From Octopus sinensis (taxonomy: Eukaryota): 64,000 nucleotides of DNA. The stretch spans positions 107,384,001 to 107,448,000 of the forward strand of contig NC_043000.1 of the NCBI RefSeq assembly GCF_006345805.1, given 5' to 3'. The translations under genes were made by a program, and so were the position numbers. The notes below the pieces were generated by a model that saw nothing but the letters and a program-made list of their open reading frames with translations, did not search any database and was not told where the DNA came from. Positions 13,767-25,877 of this stretch are shown piece after piece (the first letter of the stretch is position 1; each line of letters starts with the position of its first letter).

Positions 13767-13812
13767 ATGACGTTCTCTGAAGAAAGGAATAAACTAACAG
13801 ATCAAACAGAAG
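13767..13812 (+). CDS. Candidate first coding exon (MTFSEERNKLTDQTE, ends phase 1) of the plus-strand gene
   Basis: Strong acceptor ttttttttttag before 13748. An in-frame TAA lies upstream of ATG 13767. Donor GAAG|GTAGAA is phase 1 and matches exon 20029. The donor is only moderate. Confidence 0.35.
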
Positions 13813-14539
13813 GTAGAAGAAAATGTGTAGGATGAACAAGGAATAATGAAAAGAAGATAGTAATGAATAAGATGATGATGATGATGGTGATGATGACGAT
13901 GATAATTATAATGATAATTGTGGTAATAGTTGTAGGAGTACTAGTGATAACAGTAATAGCTAAATCATAATGTTTTCTTTATTATTTACTAAGGGTTGAT
14001 ATAATATTATAAACAGTACAGGACGATATAATGAAGGGATTACATAATAGCGTGTAAAAAATAAAATATTAGAAACAAAAAACAAAAAGAAAAGGAATAA
14101 TTCCCCAAAATGTGAAACGTCTGAGGGTTAGTTGTGGAAACCTCACAAAGTCACGATCCCTCTGACCACTAAGGCAAGTGCTCTCTCTCACTTGAATCCT
14201 TCAATCTACATGCACATGCTCAGTGTAGGCGCGTTCACCCGGGCCATGCCCACCACTCTTACCCACTTTTCTACAAATTTGCTATCGGCAGCATTTCTTG
14301 ATACGGAACTGTAGTGTTGAAGAACTCATCAGACTTAACTTATTTGCGTGCGCCTGATCGAGGATGTGAAACCAAATTTGAATTGTTCATTCAATAATTT
14401 TTACTTTCATAAAAGTTAGATATATTTCGACCAAAATTATCCCAGGCTTTGTCTAACTTAACAGCATTACATGATAGAATCTGTTTAGTTATGTTTAAGT
14501 CATGTATTTTGGTGTCATAGCCCATTGATGTAGGCCGTA

Positions 14540-14759
14540 CGAGAGAGTGCTGAAATATTCTTGGCTTTAAGTGTATCGCGAAGAGCCTAGTTGGAGACTC
14601 GACTTTCCGAGTTCTTTTACAGGGGCCCATAGAAAACCTGAAGGACCTCTGCAATAAATGTGTGAATCTAAGAGTGTAACACGTTGAATAAAACCGTAAT
14701 TAAATGATCTTCTTGTATTTTCTTTTCCCCTAAATCAGAAACTTTTCAGTACCCCCTCG
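14540..14759 (+). mobile_element. Mariner-derived MITE with TA target duplication
   Basis: TA|cgagagagtgctgaaa...cttttcagtaccccctcg|TA. The interior carries a remnant of the transposase C-terminus (LKDLCNKCVNLR). Confidence 0.8.
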
Positions 14760-14998
14760 TAACTGTCGACTGAAATATATCAAGACATTAGTAGTTTGTC
14801 TATCCCTTGAAAAATGTCCAGACATCATCTAAAGGTTTTTTAAAAATCTTTTTCTTCTTTGATATGTTGTGGGATGATATTACTCGGAGTAGGAACTGTG
14901 GAGGAAAATGAATTGTGTTGCAAAGTGATTATGTATTGCGAATATGAATTATGTGAGCATGAATCGTGAGCATATAAAAGCCGTATGACGCTGTGTTC

Positions 14999-17900
14999 CA
15001 TTTTTGATGAATTGTAAACTTGATGTTAAGGTCGTTTGGGCTATGTACACTTTGCATTTTTGGATGAATTGTAAACTTGATGTTAAGGTCGTTTGGGCTA
15101 TGTACACTTTGCATTTTTGGATGAATTGTAAACTTGTTGTTAAGGTCGTTTGGGCTATGTACACTTTGCATTTTTGGATGAATTGTAAACTTGATGTTCA
15201 GGTCGTTTGGGCTATGTACACTTTGCATTTTTGGATGAATTGTAAATTGTTGTTAAGGTCGTTTGGGCTATGTACACTTTGCATTTTTGGATGAATTGTA
15301 AACTTGTTGTTAGGTCGTTTGGGCTATGTACACTTTGCATTTTTGGATGAATTGTAAACTTGTTGTTAAGGTCGTTTGGGCTATGTACACTTGCATTTTG
15401 GATGAATTGTAAACTTGATGTTAAGGTCGTTTGGGCTATGTACACTTTGCATTTTTGGATGAATTGTAAACTTGATGTTCAGGTCGTTTGGGCTATGTAC
15501 ACTTTGCATTTTTGGATGAATTGTAAACTTGATGTTAAGGTCGTTTGGGCTATGTACAATTTGCATTTTTGGATGAATTGTAAACTATGTTAAGGTCGTT
15601 TTGGGCTAGTACACTTGCATTTTGGATGAATTGTAACTTGATGTTAAGGTCGTTTGGGCTATGTACACTTTGCATTTTTGGATGAATTGTAAACTTGATG
15701 TTAAGGTCGTTTGGGCTATGTACACTTTGCTTTTTGGATGAATTGTAAACTTGATGTTAAGGTCGTTTGGGCTATGTACACTTTGCATTTTTGGATGAAT
15801 TGTAACTTGATGTTAAGGTCGTTTGGGCTATGTACACTTTGCATTTTTGGATGAATTGTAAACTTGTTGTTAAGGTCGTTTGGGCTATGTACACTTTGCA
15901 TTTTTGGATGAATTGTAAACTTGATGTTAAGGTCGTTTGGGCTATGTACACTTTGCATTTTTGGATGAATTGTAAACTTGTTGTTAAGGTCGTTTGGGCT
16001 ATGTACACTTTGCTTTTTTGGATGAATTGTAAACTTGATGTTAAGGTCGTTTGGGCTATGTACACTTTGCATTTTTGGATGAATTGTAAACTTGTTGTTA
16101 AGGTCGTTTGGGCTATGTACACTTTGCTTTTTTGGATGAATTGTAAACTTGATGTTAAGGTCGTTTGGGCTATGTACACTTTGCTTTTTTGGATGAATTG
16201 TAAACTTGATGTTAAGGTCGTTTGGGCTATGTACACTTTGCATTTTTGGATGAATTGTAAACTTGTTGTTAAAGTCGTTTGGGCTATGTACACTTTGCTT
16301 TTTTGGATGAATTGTAAACTTGATGTTAAGGTCGTTTGGGCTATGTACACTTTGCATTTTTGGATGAATTGTAAACTTGATGTTAAGGTCGTTTGGGCTA
16401 TGTACACTTTGCATTTTTGGATGAATTGTAAACTTGTTGTTAAGGTCGTTTGGGCTATGTACACTTTGCATTTTTGGATGAATTGTAAACTTGTTGTTAA
16501 GGTCGTTTGGGCTATGTACACTTTGCATTTTTGGATGAATTATAAACTTGTTATTAAGGTCGTTTGGGCTATGTACACTTTGCATTTTTGGATGAATTGT
16601 AAACTTGATGTTAAGGTCGTTTGGGCTATGTACACTTTGCCTTTTTGGATGAATTGTAAACTTGATGTTAAGGTCGTTTGGGCTATGTACACTTTGCATT
16701 TTTGGATGAATTGTAAACTTGATGTTAAGGTCGTTTGGGCTATGTACACTTTGCATTTTTGGATGAATTGTAAACTTGATGTTAAGGTCGTTTGGGCTAT
16801 GTACACTTTGCATTTTTGGATGAATTGTAAACTTGTGTTAAGGTCGTTTGGGCTATGTACACTTTGCATTTTTGGATGAATTGTAAACTTGTTGTTAAGG
16901 TCGTTTGGGCTATGTACACTTTGCATTTTTGGATGAATTATAAACTTGTTATTAAGTCGTTTGGGCTATGTACACTTTGCATTTTGGATGAATTGTAAAC
17001 TTGATGTTAAGGTCGTTTGGGCTATGTACACTTTGCCTTTTTGGATGAATTGTAAACTTGTTTTTAAGGTCGTTTGGGTATGTACACTTTGCATTTTTGG
17101 ATGAATTGTAAACTTGATGTTAAGGTCGTTTGGGCTATGTACACTTTGCATTTTTGGATGAATTGTAAACTTGATGTTAAGGTCGTTTGGGCTATGTACA
17201 ATTTGCATTTTTGGATGAATTGTAAACTTGTTGTTAAGGTCGTTTGGGTTATGTACACTTTGCATTTTTGGATGAATTGTAAATTTGATGTTAAGGTCGT
17301 TTGGGCTATGTACACTTTGCATTTTTGGATGAATTATAAACTTGATGTTAAGGTCGTTTGGGCTATGTACACTTTGCATTTTTGGATGAATTGTAAACTT
17401 GATGTTAAGGTCGTTTGGGCTATGTACACTTTGCATTTTTGGATGAATTATAAACTTGATGTTAAGGTCGTTTGGGCTATGTACACTTTGCATTTTTGGA
17501 TGAATTGTAAACTTGATGTTAAGGTCGTTTGGGCTATGTACACTTTGCATTTTTGGATGAATTATAAACTTGATGTTAAGGTCGTTTGGGCTATGTACAC
17601 TTTGCATTTTTAGATGAATTATAAACTTGATGTTAAGGTCGTTTGGCTATGTACAATTTGCATTTTTGATGAATTGTAAACTTGATGTTAAGGTCGTTTG
17701 GGCTATGTACACTTTGCATTTTTGGATGAATTGTAAACTTGATTGTTAAGGTCGTTTGGGTATGTACACTTTGCATTTTTGGATGAATTATAAACTTGAT
17801 GTTAAGGTCGTTTGGGCTATGTACACTTTGCATTTTTAGATGAATTATAAACTTGATGTTAAGGCCGTTTGGGCTATGTACACTTTGCATTTTTGGATGA

Positions 17901-20054
17901 ATTGTAAACTTGATGTTAAGGTCGTTTGGGTTATGTACACTTTGCATTTTTGGATGAATTATAAACTTGTTGTTAAGGTCGTTTGGGTTATGTACACTTT
18001 GCATTTTTGGATGAATTGTAAACTTGTTGTTAAGGTCGTTTGGGTTATGTACACTTTGCATTTTTGGATGAATTGTAAACTTGATGTTAAGGTCGTTTGG
18101 CCATGTCCACTTTGCATTTTTGGATGAATTATAAACTTGATGTTAAGGTCGTTTGGGCTATGTCCACTTTGCATTTTTGGATGAATTGTAAACTTGATGT
18201 TAAGGTCGTTTGGGCTATGTCCACTTTGCATTTTTGGATGAATTGTAAACTTGATGTTAAGGTCGTTTGGGCCATGTCCACTTTGCATTTTTGGATGAAT
18301 TATAAACTTGATGTTAAGGTCGTTTGGGCTATGTCCACTTTGCATTTTTGGATGAATTGTAAACTTGATGTTAAGGTCGTTTGGGCCATGTCCACTTTGC
18401 ATTTTTGGATGAATTATAAACTTGATGTTAAGGTCGTTTGGGCTATGTCCACTTTGCATTTTTGGATGAATTATAAACTTGATGTTAAGGTCGTTTGGGC
18501 TATGTCCACTTTGCATTTTTGGATGAATTGCAAACTTGATGTTAAGGTCGTTTGGGCTATGTACAATTTGCAGTTTTGGATGAATTGTAAACTTGTTGTT
18601 AAGGTCGTTTGGGTTATGTACACTTTGCATTTTTGGATGAATTGTAAATTTGATGTTAAGGTCGTTTGGGCTATGTACACTTTGCATTTTTGGATGAATT
18701 GCAAACTTGATGTTAAGGTCGTTTGGGCCATGTCCACTTTGCATTTTTGGATGAATTATAAACTTGATGTTAAGGTCGTTTGGGCCATGTCCACTTTGCA
18801 TTTTTGGATGAATTATAAACTTGATGTTCAGGTCGTTTGGGCTATGTACACTTTGCATTTTTGGATGAATTGTAAACTTGATGTTAAGGTCGTTTGGGCT
18901 ATGTACACTTTGCATTTTTGGATGAATTGCAAACTTGATGTTAAGGTCGTTTGGGCTATGTACACTTTGCATTTTTGGATGAATTATAAACTTGATGTTA
19001 AGGTCGTTTGGGCTATGTACACTTTGCATTTTTGGATGAATTATAAACTTGATGTTAAGGTCGTTTGGGCTATGTACACTTTGCATTTTTTGATGAATTG
19101 TAAACTTGATGTTAAGGTCGTTTGGGCTATGTACACTTTGCATTTTTGGATGAATTGCAAACTTGATGTTAAGGTCGTTTGGGCTATGTACACTTTGCAT
19201 TTTTGGATGAATTGTAAACTTGATGTTAAGGTCGTTTGGGCTATGTACACTTTGCATTTTTGGATGAATTGCAAACTTGATGTTAAGGTCGTTTGGGCTA
19301 TGTACAATTTGCATTTTTGGATGAATTGTAAACTTGTTGTTAAGGTCGTTTGGGTTATGTACACTTTGCATTTTTGGATGAATTGTAAATTTGATGTTAA
19401 GGTCGTTTGGGCTATGTACACTTTGCATTTTTGGATGAATTATAAGCTTGATGTTAAGGTCGTTTGTGCTATGTACACTTTGCATTTTTGGATGAATTGT
19501 AAACTTGATGTTAAGGTCGTTTGGGTTATGTACACTTTGCATTTTTGGATGAATTGTAAACTTGTTGTTAAGGTCGTTTGGGTTATGTACACTTTGCATT
19601 TTTTGATGAATTGTAAACTTGATGTTAAGGTCGTTTGGGCTACGTACACTTTGCATTTTTGGATGAAATGTAAACTTGATGTTAAGGTCGTTTGGGCTAT
19701 GTACACTTTGCATTTTTGGATGAATTGTAAACTTGATGTTAAGGTCGTTTGGGCCATGTCCACTTTGCATTTTTGGATGAATTATAAACTTGATGTTAAG
19801 GTCGTTTGGGCTATGTACACTTTGCATTTTTGGATGAATTGTAAACTTGTTGTTAAGGTCGTTTGGGCTATGTACACTTTGCATTTTTGGATGAATTGTA
19901 AACTTGTTGTTAAGGTCGTTTGGGCTATGTACACTTTGCATTTTTGGATGAATTGTAAACTTGATGTTAAGGTCGTTTGGGCTATGTACACTTTGCATTT
20001 TTGGATGAATTGTAAACTTGATGTTAAGGTCGTTTGGGCTATGTACACTTTGCA
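14999..20054. repeat. 57-bp tandem minisatellite, about 88-89 units
   Basis: Unit tttttggatgaattgtaaacttgatgttaaggtcgtttgggctatgtacactttgca. Unit count is estimated from span divided by 57. Confidence 0.99.
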
Positions 20055-20098
20055 AATGACGTGGCGCTCTCGCTACATTTATTCTTCAGCCGTTTGCC
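20029..20098 (+). CDS. Internal coding exon (G)RLGYVHFANDVALSLHLFFSRL(P), phase 1 to 2; its 5' 26 nt belong to the last satellite unit
   Basis: Acceptor gatgttaag|GT and donor GCC|GTTAGT. The frame is open and the phase matches exon 20509. Confidence 0.65.
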
Positions 20099-20149
20099 GT
20101 TAGTGAATTATTTCTTTGAAAAAAATTGCCCTATTTGTATTATACTGGT

Positions 20150-20366
20150 TTCAAATCTTGGCACAAGACCAGCAATTTTGTTGGGTGGGTGGGGATAGTC
20201 GATTACATCGATCACAGCATGCAGCTAGTACTTATTTTATATTGATGCCAAAAAGATGAAAGGTAAATTCGACCTCAGCGGAATTTGAACTCAGAAGGTA
20301 AAGACGAATGAAGTACCGCTACGCATTTTGACCGGCGTACTAACGATTCTCCTAGCTCGCCGCCCT
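20150..20366 (-). mobile_element. SINE family A, degenerate (intronic)
   Basis: Reverse-complement match including gaatttgaactcagaa and ctcgccgcc. Confidence 0.8.
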
Positions 20367-20508
20367 TCTGTTCTGTATTATACTGAAGTTGATTCGTTTG
20401 CAAATTTATGGTAAACTTTAGGGTTCTTTATATATTCTCTACAGCTTTACTTTCTCCATTTGAACCCTCACATTTTCATGGGAAGTTTGATTTTATTCTC
20501 TGTTTCAG

Positions 20509-20584
20509 GAATTTTCGGATGCTCTTCACTTGTTCACTTAATCGATATGCAACATTCGTGCTTCGTCACATGGGAGTTGTGACG
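20509..20584 (+). CDS. Internal coding exon NFRMLFTCSLNRYATFVLRHMGVVT, phase 2 to 0
   Basis: Strong acceptor ttttattctctgtttcag|G and donor ACG|GTACGT. Only one frame is open across the 76 nt. Confidence 0.75.
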
Positions 20585-20726
20585 GTACGTGTTCTCGTGG
20601 TTAGAGTATTGTACTCACGATCATGGTATTTTGTCCGTCTTTACGATCGATGTGGTCAACTAATACTCTACCCCAAACTTTCTGGCGTTGACCCCAAAAT
20701 TTGAAATCATTATTATTTAACATACG

Positions 20727-20930
20727 AAGGCGGCGAACTGGGAGAATCGTTAGCACATCAGGCAAGATACTTTGCGGCATTTCGCCCGTCTTCATGTTCT
20801 AAGTTCAAAATTCCGCCGAGATCGACTTTGCCTTTTATTCTACGGAGGTCTATTAAATAAATACCAGTTGAACAGTGGCGTCGATGGAGTTGACTTTCCC
20901 TCTCCCCTAGTTACTGGCCTTGAGCCAGAA
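20727..20930 (+). mobile_element. SINE family A, degenerate (intronic)
   Basis: Head aaggcggcgaactgggagaa and body atcgactttgccttt. Confidence 0.8.
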
Positions 20931-21052
20931 TTTCAAAAAATTATTTCTCTACATAGACACAAGCATTAATGTGTGTGCACGCGCGATGAGTGAGTGTTTG
21001 TTTGTGTGTGTATGTGTAAATGTGTGTGTATATATATTTATATGTATATGTA

Positions 21053-21087
<35 letters not shown>

Positions 21088-21430
21088 ACACACACACCCA
21101 TAAATATATATATGTGCATACACACATTTATGCATAGTTTCGTGTGTCTATTTGTCTATCATTAAAAATGTAATACCTATGAAGAGGAATAGAACAATAC
21201 AATGGAGAAGAAAACAATATATGATAATGGGAGAGATGAGGGAGAGGGAATCGGAGAGGTGAGGGAGAGGTAATTGGAGAAGAAATGCAGAGAAAGAGAA
21301 AGAGAGAGAGAGAGAGAAATAGGTTGGGGGTGGGGAAGAAATCTAGACGTTTGGTTAATGATGTGTTTCTGGTCTTATCTATTTAATGATTAAAGAGTTC
21401 TTGATCATCCATAATTTAAAGAATAATCAG

Positions 21431-21542
21431 TTTATCAGGTTCTTAATCGCAGAAATAAAAAGAAGAGTTAATGCGTTGAGAAGACAGGAAGTTGAAGCTT
21501 TCATAGTCTATCGAAATTATTTATACAAAGAATCGATTGCGG
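21431..21542 (+). CDS. Internal coding exon FIRFLIAEIKRRVNALRRQEVEAFIVYRNYLYKESIA, phase 0 to 1
   Basis: Donor CGG|GTAAGA. Phase-0 acceptor CAG at 21428-21430, with in-frame alternatives starting at 21398 or 21422. It lies within ORF 21386..21601. Confidence 0.7.
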
Positions 21543-21969
21543 GTAAGAGAGAATATATCCTGAGCGGAGTTCCATTAAGCAATGTGTCAAGCGATCCATA
21601 ACCGGATAATTAAGGCATTCTTTGAATAAACATTTCCATTATTATCTGCTCACATCACTTTACTATACATGCACTCTTAAGATGGATCTATTTAATTTGA
21701 TGAAGCTTTCCTTTCTCCGGTTGACTAATATATAAATAAATAAATAATGTCGGTCGATAAATCAAGGCAAATCCCGACTGATAAAAATTAACAAATATCT
21801 GAGTTACGTATATACATTAGGATATGAAAATACGATCTCTCAAGTGATGATAGCTTAAATAAATGATTTAGTCAAACAGCTCGTTGTTTGTGGCAGGGGA
21901 AGGTCGTATAGAGAGTGGTGAAGATTCACCTGCACAGAACCTGCCCAAGAGCAGACCACCAGTAGGCTA

Positions 21970-22164
<195 letters not shown>

Positions 22165-22377
22165 GTCTATCTATCTGTCTGTCTATGCACATACATGTTT
22201 ATGTCTAAGTAGCAGGTTTAAAAATAATTGTTGGGTTCATTTTTCGACGAAACCCTTCAAGGTCGCAGTTCAATGATCGAATGATGTAAAAGAATAAAAG
22301 AATACACACACACACACTCATATAATCTATGATACTATATAACATATGTGTGCGTGTGTGTGTGTATATATATATAC

Positions 22378-22472
<95 letters not shown>

Positions 22473-22486
22473 TATATATATAATAT

Positions 22487-22520
<34 letters not shown>

Positions 22521-22859
22521 GGTTTAAGAGCCAGAATCACCCTCAAGCAACTCAATCATCATTGAACGACAGTATCCACGATAGGTACGTATAGGACCAA
22601 ATATTAAAATTATCAAAATTAATACCTTCAATTCTTATTATAAATCATATACTTTACATTATATAGACTACGAGCGTTTCATGATAACATATTCTTCGAT
22701 ATTGCTCAAGTAGAAGGACTCAAACACAATACCATATTAAAACGATTATATTGCCAGTCTTCAGGTCTAGATTATATGAACTTATTTTGCTATTTACATC
22801 CTATATAAAGACATGACAAACTAAAATTATATAAGTAGAAGTTGTTGGATTAATTTTAC

Positions 22860-24889
22860 TTTAGTAAATTTTTATTCCACATTTCTGTTCATTATTTATT
22901 TCATTTGGGAAAATGGTGTTTTGCTTCCAAAATATCATCAACATATTTGCTTTATGATTGCTGCAGCCAACTATAAGAATTGCAACATTGATGGTGAAAT
23001 TTGTATCAGTGAGCCTTGTTCGTTGTATTGACTTCACACACTTCGCTTTTGAAAAAGTTTGCTCACAAACATAAGTTGTTCCAAAAACTGATGCCATACC
23101 TGAGGCAAACTTTTTCAATTTTGAAAACTCATCAGCTGGCAAGCAGCGATAAAATTCAATCAGTTTTCCTTTTCTGTGCTTCTCTTTCAACAAGGTATTA
23201 GCTTTCAAGTCAATAAGCTCCAGTTGTATTTCAGTTGGCATGTTATCAAGATAACAATCAAAGGGATTTTCAAACAAAAGAATTTCATTCTCACTTCTGT
23301 CAAGCTCTGAAAATCTTTGAGAAAAATGCTTATTTAAGACCCGAATAATTTTTTCTGAAACTTGAGGTTATCATGTTCTACATTTTGTGTGCAAAACCCT
23401 TGAAAACACTGAAAATGAGAGAAGTTTCCTACTTCAAGTTGTACTTCAAACAATGATAGCTCTCCCCGAAATGATGTAATATTTCTGTAGAGATCACAGA
23501 TAAGGTTATTCTTTCCTTGCAGCTTTAAATTCAATTCATCCATATGAGAAGTGATGTTAACTAAAAATGACAACTTTGATAACCATGAAGGATCTGACAG
23601 CTGTGAATCAGCTGTATTCTTTTCAGTGAGAAAAATATTTATAAAAACGAAACAGGACTTTACCACAACTGAGCCATCTCACTTCAGTGTAGTAAGGCAA
23701 ATTACAGAAATTAGAATCATTTCTTCAAGGAAAGCCTGGAACTGTCGGTGATTCCGAATAAAGTTCACCACAGCTGCAACTGGTTTTAGTACGCAAGAAA
23801 TATCTAAGTGTTTTCCACAGAGTGCTTGCTGATGTATAATGCAGTGTATAAACAGAGCTTTCGGAAGTTAAATCTCTTCCAACTCGGTCTGGATGCACCT
23901 CTATGAAAATATCTTCTCCAGTTATTGTTCTATGTATACTACAAACGGAAGCCATTTCTTCTATAATCTCAATGTTGCAATTAACATCACGAATGAACAC
24001 ATGAAGTTGTGACGTACTAGAGAGATCAGTAGACTCATCCATTGCAAGGGAATACCACAAAAATTTCTTAGCTTTCTCATGTATCTGTAACTGTTTATTC
24101 TCTCCGAATTCTTTTTATTCTCCACACAACTGAACTTGCTGAAAGGCTGATACAGCCAAACATGTTAGTTTTTTTCAGGACACAAGTCATTTGCTGCTTC
24201 CATCATGCACTCACTCTTTTATAAAGTTTTTCTGTCAGTAAATGGTTTTCCTCGCTCTGCCAACTTATTCCCTATTTTGCAAATTACGCGAGTGATAGAT
24301 TCATTTTCAACAAACATTTTCATAAAGAAATTCCTTTGAGATTCCAAACTATGTTTCATAGATTCAAATTTTTCGGACCGCAATTTTTCCAGAATATTTA
24401 GAATGTGTTGAGAGATGTTTTGCTTCATAGTGACGACGAATATTGTACTCTTTCATAACAGCAACACTTTCGTTGAATATCAGGCAACTAGCCTTCTGGT
24501 CGTTTGTTTCCCCCAAAGGAGTACTTTTCTCCCCATTCTTTATTGAAAATGCGACATTCATCATCAACCTTTCTCTTTTTAGACATAACGATGAGTGAAG
24601 AAAAGACAAAAGCAGTCTTAGGCCTCGGTGTCAGATATTCTCGTTTTAATTGTAATCACTATTAACTGACTATCTCGAGTCACACGTGATGTACTGTAGT
24701 AATTATTATGGCGCGTGAAATACATAGCGCGTGACATGACTGACTCAATATACATACGACATGCATAAGCTAAGAAATGTAAGAAGCAGTATAAAAGCAT
24801 GTTTATTTTTTTCAGCATGCGTCAGCGGGCCGGGCAAATTGACGTCGCTGGCCGGATCCGGCCCGCGGGCCGTAGTTTGGTGATCCATG
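22860..24889 (-). mobile_element. Degenerate hAT transposon (SPIN/Charlie, GTF2IRD2-like transposase)
   Basis: Frameshifted fragments include VAVMKEYNIRRHYEAKH, YSLAMDESTDLSSTSQL, LNLKLQG and FGTTYVCEQTFS. The 5' terminus reads catggatcaccaaactacggcccgcgggccggatccggcc on the minus strand. Confidence 0.92.
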
Positions 24890-25567
24890 CGTTAACATAA
24901 TGTTATATTTTTGAATACCTACCTACCTACCTACCTACCTACCTACCTACCTACCTACCTACCTACCTACCTACCTACCTACCTACCTACCTACCTGCCT
25001 ACCTACCTACCTACCTACCTACCTGCCTAACTATACATAAAAAATTTATAATTATAAGTATAATCATAAAATTTTATGTATAAGTTTACCGATAGTGGTT
25101 CTTTTAACATTCTGAGCTACTTGGTAAAATTATTAATTATCAATTAATTAATTAATTAATTTCACCCTTTATTATTATTACCTACCTACCTATATACATA
25201 CATACATGCAGACACATATATACCAAAAGCATGCATGTATGTGCACGCATACATACGCACAAACCAGACAGAAACACACGCACGCATATATGATCTTCTT
25301 GAGAAACACGCACGCACTCATGCTAGAATATAATTCAAGCTTACGCACCCACACCGATACATGCATCCTAAAAACGTTCGTGCATGCGCATATAGCAGGG
25401 ACCAATGCACACGTATTCATACACACCGACAAATATATATACGCAAACTCTCATACAGCCAACAACGTATCCACACATACATACACACGCACACGCACAC
25501 ACGCACGCACATACACGCACGCACACACACACACGCTCGCTGGCCATGCTTTCTGTCAACTTTCCAG

Positions 25568-25743
25568 ACAGACGCTTCAGCTTCCTGTCTAGCCACGCGG
25601 TCCAAGATAATATCGTTTCTAACTCATCTGGTGTCGCTGAAATGCCGATCTCGCCTCTAGCAACACCATGTGACTCCCCCCCTTCCCCAAATAGCAGTCC
25701 ATTTTCTCGAAGCCATTCTGAACTTTCCATGTTCTTTCATTCG
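25568..25743 (+). CDS. Internal coding exon (D)RRFSFLSSHAVQDNIVSNSSGVAEMPISPLATPCDSPPSPNSSPFSRSHSELSMFFHS, phase 1 to 0
   Basis: Acceptor ttctgtcaactttccag| and donor TCG|GTAATC. It is a Ser/Pro-rich open frame whose phase matches both neighbours. Confidence 0.75.
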
Positions 25744-25805
25744 GTAATCCAAGCCTGATCGAACCGGGCCTCTGTTAGAAGCCTACAAAAGTTTAAGTTG
25801 CATGG

Positions 25806-25877
<72 letters not shown>

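Noticed and set aside
14800-14895. Minus-strand terminal exon candidate (FLLRVISSHNISKKKKIFKKPLDDVWTFFKG*)
   Set aside because: The acceptor is plausible, but no consistent upstream partner was found and two frames read equally well.
14999-20054. CRISPR-like array
   Set aside because: There are no unique spacers or cas genes, and the context is eukaryotic.
17959-20103. 698-aa (minus) and 668-aa (plus) repeat ORFs in the satellite
   Set aside because: A 57-bp unit keeps any stop-free frame open. The ORFs overlap antisense, break at indels, and most variants change residues in these frames. The flank supports a different frame.
22861-24609. Domesticated GTF2IRD2/EPM2AIP1-like gene
   Set aside because: It has multiple frameshifts and stops, and retains a transposon terminus.
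25368-25730. Minus-strand ORF MESSEWLRENG...
   Set aside because: It is antisense to exon 25568-25743, which has better splice sites and fits the exon chain. It also runs into a (GT)n tract.
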